From a virus, in the IMG/VR virus record IMGVR_UViG_3300020034_000008, positions 10,331 through 74,330 of that record: a DNA stretch of 64,000 nucleotides; one strand, written 5' to 3'. The notes beneath the pieces were generated by a model that was not told the origin of the DNA, did not search any database, and saw nothing but the letters and a program-made list of their open reading frames with translations. This document shows, in pieces, positions 48,202 to 57,675 of the stretch. The position numbers and the translations under genes are program-made. Within the stretch, counting starts at the first letter, position 1. Every line of letters begins with the position of its first letter.

Positions 48202-48642
48202 ATGTTGGATTTAAATGATGAAGCACAATTATTGCGTTTAAAAACTGAATTAATTAGTAACCCAAAGTTATTAGCTTATGCAGGTAAAACTGATGCTGAC
48301 ATTGCAACGTTGCTTAATACAGTCGGCGCATCTAATGAGAAGCAAACCGGCGCTGGTGTAGTCCCTACACAAGTCTTAATGAGTTGTATTGTGCTGTCAG
48401 AGTGGCTACTCCTGCAACCAGCACTTCAGCAACGATTGTCGTTTTGGTTCAGTGCTGGGTCTTTAGACACTGGTAATTCAAATGTAAGAGAGGCAGTCGC
48501 TAGTGTCTTTGGTGGTGGTACTCAGACACAAGCGAATTTATTAGCCGCAGTAGATAAACCAATTTCTCGTGGAGAGTCTTTGTTTGGTGTAGGCACTGTT
48601 GTATATCCATGGGATGTTGGACGAGCTAAAGCACTACCGTAG
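48202..48642 (+). CDS. hypothetical virion protein, paralog 2
   Basis: GGAGGT RBS before ATG 48202; shared NTVGAS, LSE, NVR, PWDVGRA. Confidence 0.75.
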   Translation: MLDLNDEAQLLRLKTELISNPKLLAYAGKTDADIATLLNTVGASNEKQTGAGVVPTQVLMSCIVLSEWLLLQPALQQRLSFWFSAGSLDTGNSNVREAVASVFGGGTQTQANLLAAVDKPISRGESLFGVGTVVYPWDVGRAKALP

Positions 48643-48652
48643 GAGACTCTAA

Positions 48653-49129
48653 GTGGCATCAGAGATTAAAGATAAACTGACAACTCCAGCGGCTCTAACT
48701 ATTACGTTAGCGTCGCTGGCATCGTCGACAACCTTTGTTGGTCGCCAATCTACGTTGGTTGATAATACGACTAATCGTTATTCTCTGATTCATTTATTTA
48801 ATAAATTTACACAAGGTACGACACCGACTGGAAATAAAGGTGCCTATGTGTTCGGTATACGCGGTGACAAAGACGCAACGACACCTCATCGTTCTGATAA
48901 TGCAGGTGCTAGCGATGCAGCGTGGACGCGTAACAATGCTGAGTTTTTAAATGTTGGTCGTAACTTAGCCAGTCCAGCTACTGGCGACGTGATTTATATC
49001 GAATCGTTCATCGTAAACCCCGGCCCCGAGTGGGGGATCGGCGTATACCACGATACTGTAGCTGCTCTAAATTCAACCGGTACTAACCACTGGGCACGCT
49101 GGGTAGGAAATAACCCAGAAGCACAGTAG
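48653..49129 (+). CDS. putative virion structural protein
   Basis: AGGAG RBS; TITLASLAS...VDNTTN jelly-roll-like pattern. Confidence 0.65.
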   Translation: MASEIKDKLTTPAALTITLASLASSTTFVGRQSTLVDNTTNRYSLIHLFNKFTQGTTPTGNKGAYVFGIRGDKDATTPHRSDNAGASDAAWTRNNAEFLNVGRNLASPATGDVIYIESFIVNPGPEWGIGVYHDTVAALNSTGTNHWARWVGNNPEAQ

Positions 49130-49141
49130 GCGTATAGAGAC

Positions 49142-51547
49142 ATGGGGCTCTTTAACGGAGCATCAACCTCTAATTTTAGAGAATACGCGAACAACGGACG
49201 CTTCAATGTCGCGACGACTCACACGATTGCGATCTGGGTCTTCCCACTAGCGACGCCAATAGCGCAGTGGGGCTTCGCTTGTCGTGGCGTCGGCACACTT
49301 TCTGGCGAGTTCACGCTTGGTACCCCTGCCGCCACGACATTCAACCTGGCGCGTGCGAGCTTCACGACTGGCTCCCTCATCACGCTGGCCGACACGCTAC
49401 AGTGGACCAACAATCGTTGGTTTCATTTCTGTCAAACGTGGGACGGCACCAACTTTCGCCTCTATGTCGACGGCAAGCAGCGGGCAAGTAGCGTGCCTGG
49501 TGGTACTTGGACCCAAAGCACAACGACCAACATCCGGCTTTGGATGCGTACCGACGCCACGATCGGAACCACCAACTGTTACCTGGAACAGTTTGGTTGG
49601 TGGAGAACTGCATTCTCGCCGATGGAAGTTGATGCACTATCAAGAGGCATTAATTTTACTAAAATAAGACGAGAAGACGCACTGATTCTGGACCCATTGC
49701 AAGACCCATCACAGCGAGAGTTAGTAGCTGGTTTAGGAACAAATACAGGCACTTTATCTATAGTAATGCGTGCTCCTGTACAGCGTACGCCCTTAAATTA
49801 CCCGCTTGCTAAGCCAAAAGTAATGCGTGGCCTCTCGCGTAAACGCTACTATGTTAGTCCTGCTGGAGTAATTATCCTATTACTATCCGGTGATACTACT
49901 GATGAGAGTTCAGGTGCCAGTACATTAACATCTACAAATGCATTTGCTGGCCAATATAGTTTAGAGCGTCCTGGTGCTGAAACACTGTCGGTGTCTGGAG
50001 CACTATCTGGACCATTCAGTGCAGAGTTTCCTGGTGCATCAAACACGTCAGGCTTTCTTGCTTTTGCCGGCATACAGTCAATTGAAGCAGCTGGTGCTGA
50101 GACACTAGCGTCAACAAATCTACTGTCTGGAAAATATAGCGACGAAAGATCTGGCGCAATATCTATTGTTCAAGCGCTTCTGATGGCTGCTGGACTTTCA
50201 AATGAAGCGGCGGGATCAGCAATATTAACAGCAAGCAATATACTGTCTGCTGGATCCTCGTCCGAATTACCTGGGGCTGAGTCTTTAACTGGTACATTGC
50301 CTTTATTCGGTAAGTACAGTGACGAGAAGTCTGGTGCGTCTACGCTTACTAGCACTCTTGGTTTAGCCGGCGCATTCTCAGACGAGCGTGCAGGTGCTAG
50401 CTTACTCTCAGTATTGAATCAACTGAGTGCTGGCAGATCAACAGAACTTGCTGGCGTTCTTTCACTCCTTGGTTCTTTATCGTTAGCAGGACCATACAGC
50501 GAAGAAAAAGCTGGTGCAATAACACTACTAGTAAGTGTTGCGCTTCTTCTTTCTGGTGCTTATAGCTCGGAGCGTGCTGGTGCTGCAACGCTTGCATCAA
50601 CACTCGCACTATCTGGTGGTTTATCAAACGAACTGCCTGGGGCTGATTTACTTCTAGCTGTTCTTAGCTTGGCCGGTGGACAGACAACAGAAGCACCAGG
50701 ATCAGTCTCTGTTTTAGCTGGTATTGTATTGTTGTTGCTTTCCGGCGCGTACAGTGGCGAACGGTCTGGAGCCAGCACACTAGCATCCACTCTTGGATTG
50801 TTTGGCGGACTATCTAACGAGACAGCAGGAGCAGAATTACTTCTAGCCTCGTTGAGTTTAGCTGGTGGGCGAACATCTGAGCAGGCAGGAGCAGCGTCAG
50901 TTGTTGCTGGTTTAATTACGCTGCTGTTGGCCGCAGGAGTAAGCGGCGAGAAAGCAGGAGCGCCAACACTCCAGACAGTTTTACAGTTCGCTGCCGGTCT
51001 CTCTGGCGAAAGAAGTGGCGCTAATTTACTTTCCAGTACGAGCACTCTGTCTGGTGGTTTGACAGAAGCAGCGAGTGGTGCAGTTACTTTAGTTCGCTCT
51101 CTTTTGTTAGCTTCTGGCATTTCGTCAGAACGCGCTGGCTCATTTATTACATCAGCAGTAGCTGGCTTGAGTTCTGGTGTCTCATCAGAGGTGAGTGGCA
51201 GTAGTTTGTTGTCAGCTTTACTTTCGCCAAAAGGTGTAGGTTCTTCTGAACAGGCCGGCACTGTATCTCTGGTAGCTATTTTACAACTGTTAATGTCAGG
51301 TGGACTATCGTCGGAAGCTGCTGGCGCTCTACTCGTGCAGCAGCCTGCGCTTACAGCTGAAGTCCACCGAATGATTCGTGGCTTCGTCAACGCGCATTCA
51401 AGTATGTCGGCGAAGGCCAGCACTCGCTTCAGCGTGGCATCGAAGGTCAACGCCAGGGGCGATGTGGCATCGAAGACTGATGCGAAGGGTGACGTGAATG
51501 GTTTGGTAGACGGATCTGGGAAACCGATTCGCGGAAAACCACACTAG
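49142..51547 (+). CDS. LamG-domain protein with ~24 tandem 20-aa repeats
   Basis: WFHFCQTWDGTNFRLYVDG (LamG); ExxG(A/S) repeated every ~20 aa. Confidence 0.8.
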   Translation: MGLFNGASTSNFREYANNGRFNVATTHTIAIWVFPLATPIAQWGFACRGVGTLSGEFTLGTPAATTFNLARASFTTGSLITLADTLQWTNNRWFHFCQTWDGTNFRLYVDGKQRASSVPGGTWTQSTTTNIRLWMRTDATIGTTNCYLEQFGWWRTAFSPMEVDALSRGINFTKIRREDALILDPLQDPSQRELVAGLGTNTGTLSIVMRAPVQRTPLNYPLAKPKVMRGLSRKRYYVSPAGVIILLLSGDTTDESSGASTLTSTNAFAGQYSLERPGAETLSVSGALSGPFSAEFPGASNTSGFLAFAGIQSIEAAGAETLASTNLLSGKYSDERSGAISIVQALLMAAGLSNEAAGSAILTASNILSAGSSSELPGAESLTGTLPLFGKYSDEKSGASTLTSTLGLAGAFSDERAGASLLSVLNQLSAGRSTELAGVLSLLGSLSLAGPYSEEKAGAITLLVSVALLLSGAYSSERAGAATLASTLALSGGLSNELPGADLLLAVLSLAGGQTTEAPGSVSVLAGIVLLLLSGAYSGERSGASTLASTLGLFGGLSNETAGAELLLASLSLAGGRTSEQAGAASVVAGLITLLLAAGVSGEKAGAPTLQTVLQFAAGLSGERSGANLLSSTSTLSGGLTEAASGAVTLVRSLLLASGISSERAGSFITSAVAGLSSGVSSEVSGSSLLSALLSPKGVGSSEQAGTVSLVAILQLLMSGGLSSEAAGALLVQQPALTAEVHRMIRGFVNAHSSMSAKASTRFSVASKVNARGDVASKTDAKGDVNGLVDGSGKPIRGKPH

Positions 51548-51552
51548 GAGCC

Positions 51553-51581
51553 TTGACGCCGGCTTTCGGATCTGCCATCCT
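51553..51581 (+). promoter_or_regulatory. putative promoter for the tRNA/early operon
   Basis: TTGACG-17nt-CATCCT upstream of the tRNAs. Confidence 0.4.
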
Positions 51582-51636
51582 GTGTGAATTCCAGGTGGGT
51601 AGGATCTCTAGATGTCCCGCCCACACGGAAGTCAAC

Positions 51637-51710
51637 GGTGGCATAGCTCAATCGGTTAGAGCAAACGCTTTATAAGCGTTAGGTTGTTGGTTCAATTCCA
51701 ACTGCCACTA
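51637..51710 (+). tRNA. tRNA-Ile (anticodon UAU)
   Basis: GGTGGCA/TGCCACT acceptor stem, AACGC-TTTATAA-GCGTT anticodon arm, GGTTCAATTCC T arm; no encoded CCA. Confidence 0.9.
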
Positions 51711-51716
51711 CTATCC

Positions 51717-51788
51717 GCCCTCTTAGCTCAGTGGTTGAGCAACAGTTTTGTAAACTGTAGGCCATCGGTTCAAATCCGATAGAGGGCT
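51717..51788 (+). tRNA. tRNA-Thr (UGU)
   Basis: GCCCTCT/AGAGGGC acceptor stem, ACAGT-TTTGTAA-ACTGT anticodon arm, GGTTCAAATCC. Confidence 0.92.
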
Positions 51789-51807
51789 TTTTGTAATACA
51801 AAATCAA
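51789..51807. promoter_or_regulatory. second copy of the palindromic operator
   Basis: TTTTGTAATACAAAATCAA; its reverse complement matches 3876-3894 at 18/19. Confidence 0.65.
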
Positions 51808-51820
51808 CTGGAGATAGAAG

Positions 51821-52003
51821 ATGACTGCTATTCATACTGACCTATTACGAGTACTAATTGCTGCACAAGTACAAGTTATTGCACACGTTGATAGAGAGTC
51901 TGCTGGTGAATTGCCTGGGCCAATTCTTAATCAATTAGACTATTGGCTAGTGCAAGCTCGCAAGTTAGTTGTCAGATTGAGTATGGAAGATAAAGGAAAG
52001 TAG
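51821..52003 (+). CDS. hypothetical protein
   Basis: GGAG RBS; 60 aa. Confidence 0.65.
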   Translation: MTAIHTDLLRVLIAAQVQVIAHVDRESAGELPGPILNQLDYWLVQARKLVVRLSMEDKGK

Positions 52004-52006
52004 TAT

Positions 52007-52267
52007 ATGGGCGCTGCACCACAATTGAAATTCAAAGAGTATCATGAACCTGAAGGTGTTGGTTGGGGTACACTGTGGACAGTTGTTGATGTTGGACCAG
52101 GACAATATGAAACAAGAGAAGTTCAAGCTTATGCTGTTAAAGATGGGTGGGTTGTTAGGATTGGTTGTTTCCGTATGTACGTATCAACAGGTACTTTGCA
52201 TACCACGCAATACGCTGCTGAGAGACGCGCAGAGTTATTGACACTTACAGATCGATATAATCGTTAG
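52007..52267 (+). CDS. hypothetical protein
   Basis: 86 aa ORF. Confidence 0.65.
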   Translation: MGAAPQLKFKEYHEPEGVGWGTLWTVVDVGPGQYETREVQAYAVKDGWVVRIGCFRMYVSTGTLHTTQYAAERRAELLTLTDRYNR

Positions 52268-52273
52268 TTTTCT

Positions 52274-52354
52274 GGCCGGATGATGGAATGGTAGACATCG
52301 TGGATTTAAAATCCACTGACGAAAGTCGTGCGAGTTCAAGTCTCGCTCTGGCCA
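52274..52354 (+). tRNA. tRNA-Leu (UAA)
   Basis: GGCCGGA/TCTGGCC acceptor stem, GTGGA-TTTAAAA-TCCAC anticodon arm, long variable arm GACGAAAGTC, GCGAGTTCAAGTCTCGC. Confidence 0.92.
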
Positions 52355-52396
52355 ACGAATGTACTGAACAGAAACCAACTGAACAGGAGATAGAAA

Positions 52397-52612
52397 ATGC
52401 ACACTCGTCCTTCGCCTTTTCCGCGTGTTCTTAATGACGGCCGTATTTGTGTTGATGAGAAATGTACGTGTGGTCGCTACCGCAGTAGTCATGAAGATAC
52501 AGTTGCATACGGGCATGGTCCATACCTTATTGGTGACAGACGTGAATGTCCTAAATTCTCGTTCGCTACTTATGTCTTTGATCGCTCGATTGCTTTTACA
52601 GGCGCAAGGTAG
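52397..52612 (+). CDS. small Cys/His protein
   Basis: AGGAG RBS; CxCG....H...GHG...C..F. Confidence 0.65.
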   Translation: MHTRPSPFPRVLNDGRICVDEKCTCGRYRSSHEDTVAYGHGPYLIGDRRECPKFSFATYVFDRSIAFTGAR

Positions 52613-52622
52613 TCTGTAGCTT

Positions 52623-54146
52623 ATGGCTTTCGGCTACATAATGCCGACGATCGTAGTCGGAGCTATGACGAAGATACCTAAGCATCTTTTGCTTAGTGTC
52701 GACAAAGAGAAGAAGGCTCTGACTGTCAGCAATACTTCAAAGTGGATAAAGATAAAGCGTGGATTCGGAAAAGTAGCTGATGATGAACCTGACTTCTATT
52801 ATCTCTTTGAAGAAGATAAACATAATCTTTATGTACCGCGAAATCACACGCCAGTTCTGCGTAACGATGTACTTCGAGACCACGACTACAGAGTGATTAC
52901 ACCGGACTTCTCTTCTCGTAAGACTGTACTTGGAGTTGACAGAGTTAGTTTGGGGCCTAATGAGTGGCAACCGGAAGACCAGCAACCAGCCTTTGACTCG
53001 TTAGTCAAGCCCACAGCTTGGCCCTATGGAAAGATTCTTGCTCTTAGGTGTGGTTTTGGCAAAACGGTTTGCGCATTGAAGGCGGCACACGCCAGGGGAG
53101 TACGTACACTTTGGGTGACAGTTACTACACTTTTGATTGAACAGATTAAGCCAGAGATAGAAAAGTGTCTTGGTATTCTGCCTGAAGATGTAGGGCACAT
53201 TCAGGGTAATAAGCAGAACTGGAAGGGTCGTTCAATTTCAGTTGCCATGTTGCACACTCTTGCTTGTAGAGAGTATACGCAAGAGTTTTGGGATTACTTT
53301 GGTTTAATTATCTTTGACGAAGGAGATATGTTGGGTGTTAATACATTTAGCAAGATTGCTGGAAAGTTCTCAGGTGAACGATGGCTACTGACAGCAACAC
53401 CAGAGCGCGACGACAAGATGGGCGTTCTGTTCGAGAAGCACACAGGGCCAGTATGCTACAAAAATTTAGAGTATACGTTGAAGCCAGATTGTTACATTGT
53501 AAAAACAGACGTCGACTCAAAGTGCGAACATAAGTCTGGATGGGATTCTGTACGCAGAGAGCAACGTACTCACTTTGCAGTTACAGCAAAGAAACTGTTA
53601 CTTGATACTAATAGGCACGAGTTGCTATTGAGTCAGATTGCTAAAGCAACAGAACATGACCGGACTTGTCTTGTGCTTGGCGATTCTGTTGAAGGTTTAG
53701 TATACGCGTATGGACAGGCACGAAAGACTTTAGCTAACCGTACTCACAGTTTGATTGTTGGAAAAGTAAAGCAGAGTGAAAGGCCAGCATTGATCAACGC
53801 CAGTCAAGTTGTGTGGGCGAATAGTCGTCTAGCGTATCGTGGGTTAGACCGGCAAGCATTCGACACTCTGATTATTGCAACTGTCATCGGTGCAAAGACA
53901 GCTTTCTGGTTGCAAGCAATTGGGCGCATTCTTCGTTACAAATTAGGTAAGAAACCACCAATTGTTGTATTGTTAGTTGACAACACAATTGGTCCCGTTG
54001 CAGCTATTGCAGCGAAGATACTAATGATCTTCAAGAAGGCTGGCTGGCCAGTGCATAATGCTGACGGCACAATCAACGAATACAAAGCTCGTATCAAAGC
54101 TATGAGAGATAACGACGCGATGGACCGACAAGATAGTAGGTATTGA
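52623..54146 (+). CDS. superfamily 2 helicase
   Basis: CGFGKT (motif I), IFDEGD (II), LTATP (III), QAIGRILR (VI). Confidence 0.9.
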   Translation: MAFGYIMPTIVVGAMTKIPKHLLLSVDKEKKALTVSNTSKWIKIKRGFGKVADDEPDFYYLFEEDKHNLYVPRNHTPVLRNDVLRDHDYRVITPDFSSRKTVLGVDRVSLGPNEWQPEDQQPAFDSLVKPTAWPYGKILALRCGFGKTVCALKAAHARGVRTLWVTVTTLLIEQIKPEIEKCLGILPEDVGHIQGNKQNWKGRSISVAMLHTLACREYTQEFWDYFGLIIFDEGDMLGVNTFSKIAGKFSGERWLLTATPERDDKMGVLFEKHTGPVCYKNLEYTLKPDCYIVKTDVDSKCEHKSGWDSVRREQRTHFAVTAKKLLLDTNRHELLLSQIAKATEHDRTCLVLGDSVEGLVYAYGQARKTLANRTHSLIVGKVKQSERPALINASQVVWANSRLAYRGLDRQAFDTLIIATVIGAKTAFWLQAIGRILRYKLGKKPPIVVLLVDNTIGPVAAIAAKILMIFKKAGWPVHNADGTINEYKARIKAMRDNDAMDRQDSRY

Positions 54147-54171
54147 TGAACTTAAAGAAAAGAAATCTACA

Positions 54172-54603
54172 ATGGTAAAACCACTACAGAAAGACGAGAT
54201 AGAATTTGAGAAATGGTCTGAGGACGTTAAACGTGTTGTCCGTATTAGACGGAAGGGAAGATTGTTCCATGTGTCAGGAGAGGAAATTGCACTGTTTCAG
54301 ATAAACGTTATGGCTGAGTCTATTGAGCGTAATGTAAAGACTATTCGTCGATGGGAACTTGATAAACTGTGGCCAGTACCTCAATGGAGTATTCCTGACA
54401 AGCGATGTAAGCGTTGGTATTCCAGCAATCAGATTATGACAATAAATGCCGAGTACAGGAAATTATCTAAGGGGGAGTTTGGGTTTGCACACTCTGCTTA
54501 CTTCCCTCTCGAAGAGTTTTTTAAGTTTGTTAAGTCAATCTTCTACAAAGTAGATGCACAGGTAGTTGCACAAGCACGAAAGAATCAGCAAGGTGCTGCG
54601 TGA
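54172..54603 (+). CDS. MerR-like HTH DNA-binding protein
   Basis: INVMAESIERNVKTIRRWE...RWYS..QI. Confidence 0.65.
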   Translation: MVKPLQKDEIEFEKWSEDVKRVVRIRRKGRLFHVSGEEIALFQINVMAESIERNVKTIRRWELDKLWPVPQWSIPDKRCKRWYSSNQIMTINAEYRKLSKGEFGFAHSAYFPLEEFFKFVKSIFYKVDAQVVAQARKNQQGAA

Positions 54604-54782
54604 CTTATATTAAAAGTAAATGGGTGTTGAATTCATTAACAGCCGAACGTTGTAGTCAATGCTCACTTGTCATTTTAGGTGAAATTGTCTATAAGAGTCT
54701 AATACCTGGCGGTCCATTTAATTGGATTGCAACTGCTGACATAGATTATCCAACCTGTAAATGTAAAGGTAGCGAACAATGA
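54600..54782 (+). CDS. small Cys-rich protein
   Basis: CxxC...CxC; GTGA overlap. Confidence 0.55.
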   Translation: MTYIKSKWVLNSLTAERCSQCSLVILGEIVYKSLIPGGPFNWIATADIDYPTCKCKGSEQ

Positions 54783-55516
54783 GCAAGAATAGTCCAAGCA
54801 AAGTTGAACCGATGGACAACCGTGATCTTACTTCTGCACTTCTCAAGCTTACTGACCGTGTTGTGAAGTTAGAAGCACCTGTAAAAGAAGACGACATTAA
54901 GAGTGCTGGTCGTTTCAAGTCGTATAAGGAAGAGATTCGTGAGATGTTGTCAAAGCATAATGATGACCGCAATACACAACGAAAAGATTTTGAAGAACAC
55001 TTCAATGCTATTGGACAACACATTAACATGGTGTTGCCTGGCTTGAACCGTCTTGAGAACCGAGTAAATGCTATCTGGAATACGTTCAATGCGTTTGTTC
55101 GTTTTATAGAGAAACTTGTTACAGAACCAGTGAGTACAGACCGTGGATTTGACCATTTTGATGGCGTTGTTACGGCTACAAATTTCTTGCATCCAAAGTG
55201 GCCAACAACACGAGAAGAGTTTCAGACTGGATTCATGGAAGCTGGCAGAGAGGTGTTTAAGGAGCATCAAGCTCACGAGAAGGCAGAACTGGAACGCCTG
55301 CGTAGTGAAAAGAAAGAACACGGTGTTGCTCTTACTCCAGCTAAAGCGCAAACAGATGGAACCGATTCTGTGCTGCTTGAAATGAATAGTATGGTGATCG
55401 ACCACATTCAGAAGAATCGTGACGACATCCAGGAACGAATTGAATTGGACGGCGAGGCACGTAAGAAGTTGAGCGAGGCTCTTACTTCTGTTAAATCAAA
55501 AATTGTGGAGTCGTAG
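54779..55516 (+). CDS. coiled-coil hypothetical protein
   Basis: 245 aa helical ORF. Confidence 0.75.
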   Translation: MSKNSPSKVEPMDNRDLTSALLKLTDRVVKLEAPVKEDDIKSAGRFKSYKEEIREMLSKHNDDRNTQRKDFEEHFNAIGQHINMVLPGLNRLENRVNAIWNTFNAFVRFIEKLVTEPVSTDRGFDHFDGVVTATNFLHPKWPTTREEFQTGFMEAGREVFKEHQAHEKAELERLRSEKKEHGVALTPAKAQTDGTDSVLLEMNSMVIDHIQKNRDDIQERIELDGEARKKLSEALTSVKSKIVES

Positions 55517-55518
55517 TC

Positions 55519-55968
55519 GTGGCTTTCGGGGCTAAAAAGGTAGAGGTATCTCCCTACGATGACCTGGAAAATGCGTATAAAGAACTTAGGGCTCACCGTG
55601 CGCTTCATAAACGCATTTTCGACAAGGAAGCAGAACTGAGAGAGAAATGCGAGATTGTAGAGAATCAACTTAAGATTTCTCTTAGGGTGCAGTATGCAGG
55701 ACAGCCAAGCGGAGAGTATAAAGCTTATGTAGGTTCGATTGTTAACGTTGTTGTACAGTCGAAGTGGAACCGAGAAGTTGATGCAGTTGCACTTTGCGAA
55801 CTTGTACCTGATGCAATGGAGAGAGGATTAGTTTCATACTCTGTAGATTTGAAGATGTTAGACTCAATTTTAGAAGGTGCAACAGAAGACTATAAGAGAG
55901 CATTTGAACAGGTAATTAAGCGAGTACCAGGTACAGCGGCTGTGTCTTACAAACTGTCAAAGGAATGA
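55519..55968 (+). CDS. hypothetical protein
   Basis: GGAG RBS; N-terminal coiled coil. Confidence 0.75.
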   Translation: MAFGAKKVEVSPYDDLENAYKELRAHRALHKRIFDKEAELREKCEIVENQLKISLRVQYAGQPSGEYKAYVGSIVNVVVQSKWNREVDAVALCELVPDAMERGLVSYSVDLKMLDSILEGATEDYKRAFEQVIKRVPGTAAVSYKLSKE

Positions 55969-56336
55969 ACATGGAAAGTGATAAATCGTCTTCAGTTTAC
56001 GGTGCTCTTTGTACTCTTCAGACTGCTATCGGTGACAACGCTAAGGCTCACGGCTTTCATGAAGGTGTTCTAAACATTCCAGAGAAGATTGCATTGATTC
56101 ATTCTGAGGCTAGTGAAGCACTTGAGTGTTATCGAGAAATCAAGATTATTAAAATGCTTGCTGAACCAGCTTATGCTGGCACTAAACCTGTTGGTTTCAT
56201 ATCTGAGCTAGCAGATGTTGTTATTCGTTGTTTTGACACTTCATACATTATTGGTGGTGATCTAGGGAAAGTCATTCTTGAGAAGATGGCTTACAATGAA
56301 ACTCGGCCTTACCGCCACGGAAACAAGAACGCCTAA
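55965..56336 (+). CDS. MazG-like nucleotide pyrophosphohydrolase
   Basis: IALIHSEASEALE, ELADVVIRCFD, KMAYNETRPYRHG. Confidence 0.88.
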   Translation: MNMESDKSSSVYGALCTLQTAIGDNAKAHGFHEGVLNIPEKIALIHSEASEALECYREIKIIKMLAEPAYAGTKPVGFISELADVVIRCFDTSYIIGGDLGKVILEKMAYNETRPYRHGNKNA

Positions 56337-56704
56337 TGTCATTCGGGGCAAATAAACCACCTGCTGTTCACACAGCAGCAGGCCAAGCAAGAGCACACAC
56401 AATTGTCACAGACAATAGGTCAAAAGAAATTGTTAAGGAACTTGAACAAAACAAATCTTTCCCGCCTGTTGCTTTCGATAAGCCTCACGTTGTTGTTACT
56501 GTTGGGCATGACACTAACCTGTCTGCTAATTATCAAAGCGTTCGTACTTCGGTCAGTATTTCTATACCTTGTGATCCAGGTAACATTGCACCTGTTGTTG
56601 CACAAGGGTGGGATCTTGTAGAGAAAATTCTAGAGGAAAGAGCGTTGTGGGCTAAGGATGTACTGAACGTGTACAACGAAGTTCGTAGAAAGATGGAAGG
56701 CTAA
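56336..56704 (+). CDS. hypothetical protein
   Basis: 122 aa ORF; NL..NYQSVR motif. Confidence 0.7.
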   Translation: MSFGANKPPAVHTAAGQARAHTIVTDNRSKEIVKELEQNKSFPPVAFDKPHVVVTVGHDTNLSANYQSVRTSVSISIPCDPGNIAPVVAQGWDLVEKILEERALWAKDVLNVYNEVRRKMEG

Positions 56705-56705
56705 T

Positions 56706-56825
56706 ATGAAGATTGTAGTGCTGCTAGTAGTTCTAGTTTCACTGTTTTCTATCGTCAGTTGCTTTGGCGACGACGATCCAGCAATGAATGATGCTGGTGT
56801 AACTGATGCTGCCAGCGAAGAGTAA
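56706..56825 (+). CDS. 39 aa lipoprotein (not in the ORF track)
   Basis: MKIVVLLVVLVSLFSIVSC-FGDDDPAMNDAGVTDAASEE; fills the gap exactly. Confidence 0.65.
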   Translation: MKIVVLLVVLVSLFSIVSCFGDDDPAMNDAGVTDAASEE

Positions 56826-56828
56826 TAA

Positions 56829-57092
56829 ATGACTAGTCTAAAGTTAGCAGCAGAGACTATTTATATACGCATTCATGGTGCAACAAAAGAACAACAGATT
56901 GCGCGAGTCTATTCTGCTCTAAAAGAACTTGCAACTGAATATATCATACAAGAAAATAACGCTCGTATAGAGGGATGGCGCGCAGGTTTAACAGAAGCTA
57001 CATTTCTTTGTGCTGAACATGGAGCAAAAGCAGTAGAACATATAATAGCTGCAATTGAAGCTGATCCACCTGTATCAAAGTTGAAAAGATAA
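56829..57092 (+). CDS. hypothetical protein
   Basis: 87 aa ORF. Confidence 0.6.
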   Translation: MTSLKLAAETIYIRIHGATKEQQIARVYSALKELATEYIIQENNARIEGWRAGLTEATFLCAEHGAKAVEHIIAAIEADPPVSKLKR

Positions 57093-57647
57093 ATGCCTAC
57101 TCCTGAAGAGATTTACAAGCTGTTACTAGACGATATGCTACCTAGAATGGACTGTGAACATTGTGCCGCAAAGATTCGTGCTGCTTTTGAAGAAGCTAAA
57201 CATTGCAAGGGTTCAGTTGCACCTATACTAAAGGCCGAAGACAAACGGTGGAAGAATTTAAGACTAGGAGCAGCAGAGGCTCTAGTTGATGCAGAGAAGT
57301 CTCACATATGGACTGAAATATCTCTGCTTGGTCTGTTCTATAAGTTGTACGAAACTGAAGTAGGTAGTTCTTATACTCTAATTAATAACAATGCTCGTGC
57401 AGACATGGCCCATATAACTGTACTGGTGTCTACACTCGGTGATTTATCCATTTTTGCTTTACGCGCATTTTTCTCTCCAGCTATGAAGTGGGTCGTAAAT
57501 AAGCGCCTGGATTTCTTTTCCCGCGACAACGTAGAACGATTTGTGAGGCCCCTGGCGCACGCGATGGCGCAGAAGGACCAGCGCAGACCGGAATGGGTCC
57601 CAGGCACGAAGGCGCGAGGTCTGGTGTGGAAACCGAAGGGTGGCTGA
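57093..57647 (+). CDS. hypothetical protein
   Basis: 184 aa ORF with CxxC. Confidence 0.7.
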   Translation: MPTPEEIYKLLLDDMLPRMDCEHCAAKIRAAFEEAKHCKGSVAPILKAEDKRWKNLRLGAAEALVDAEKSHIWTEISLLGLFYKLYETEVGSSYTLINNNARADMAHITVLVSTLGDLSIFALRAFFSPAMKWVVNKRLDFFSRDNVERFVRPLAHAMAQKDQRRPEWVPGTKARGLVWKPKGG

Positions 57648-57675
57648 GACGCTGATCGATTCTTAGACGCGGTGC

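Noticed and set aside
50560-51450. 296-aa minus-strand ORF
   Set aside because: Shadow of the repetitive Ala/Gly/Ser/Leu coding region
31139-51547. Diversity-generating retroelement acting on fibres
   Set aside because: No reverse transcriptase and no TR/VR pair with adenine-specific mismatches seen in this window
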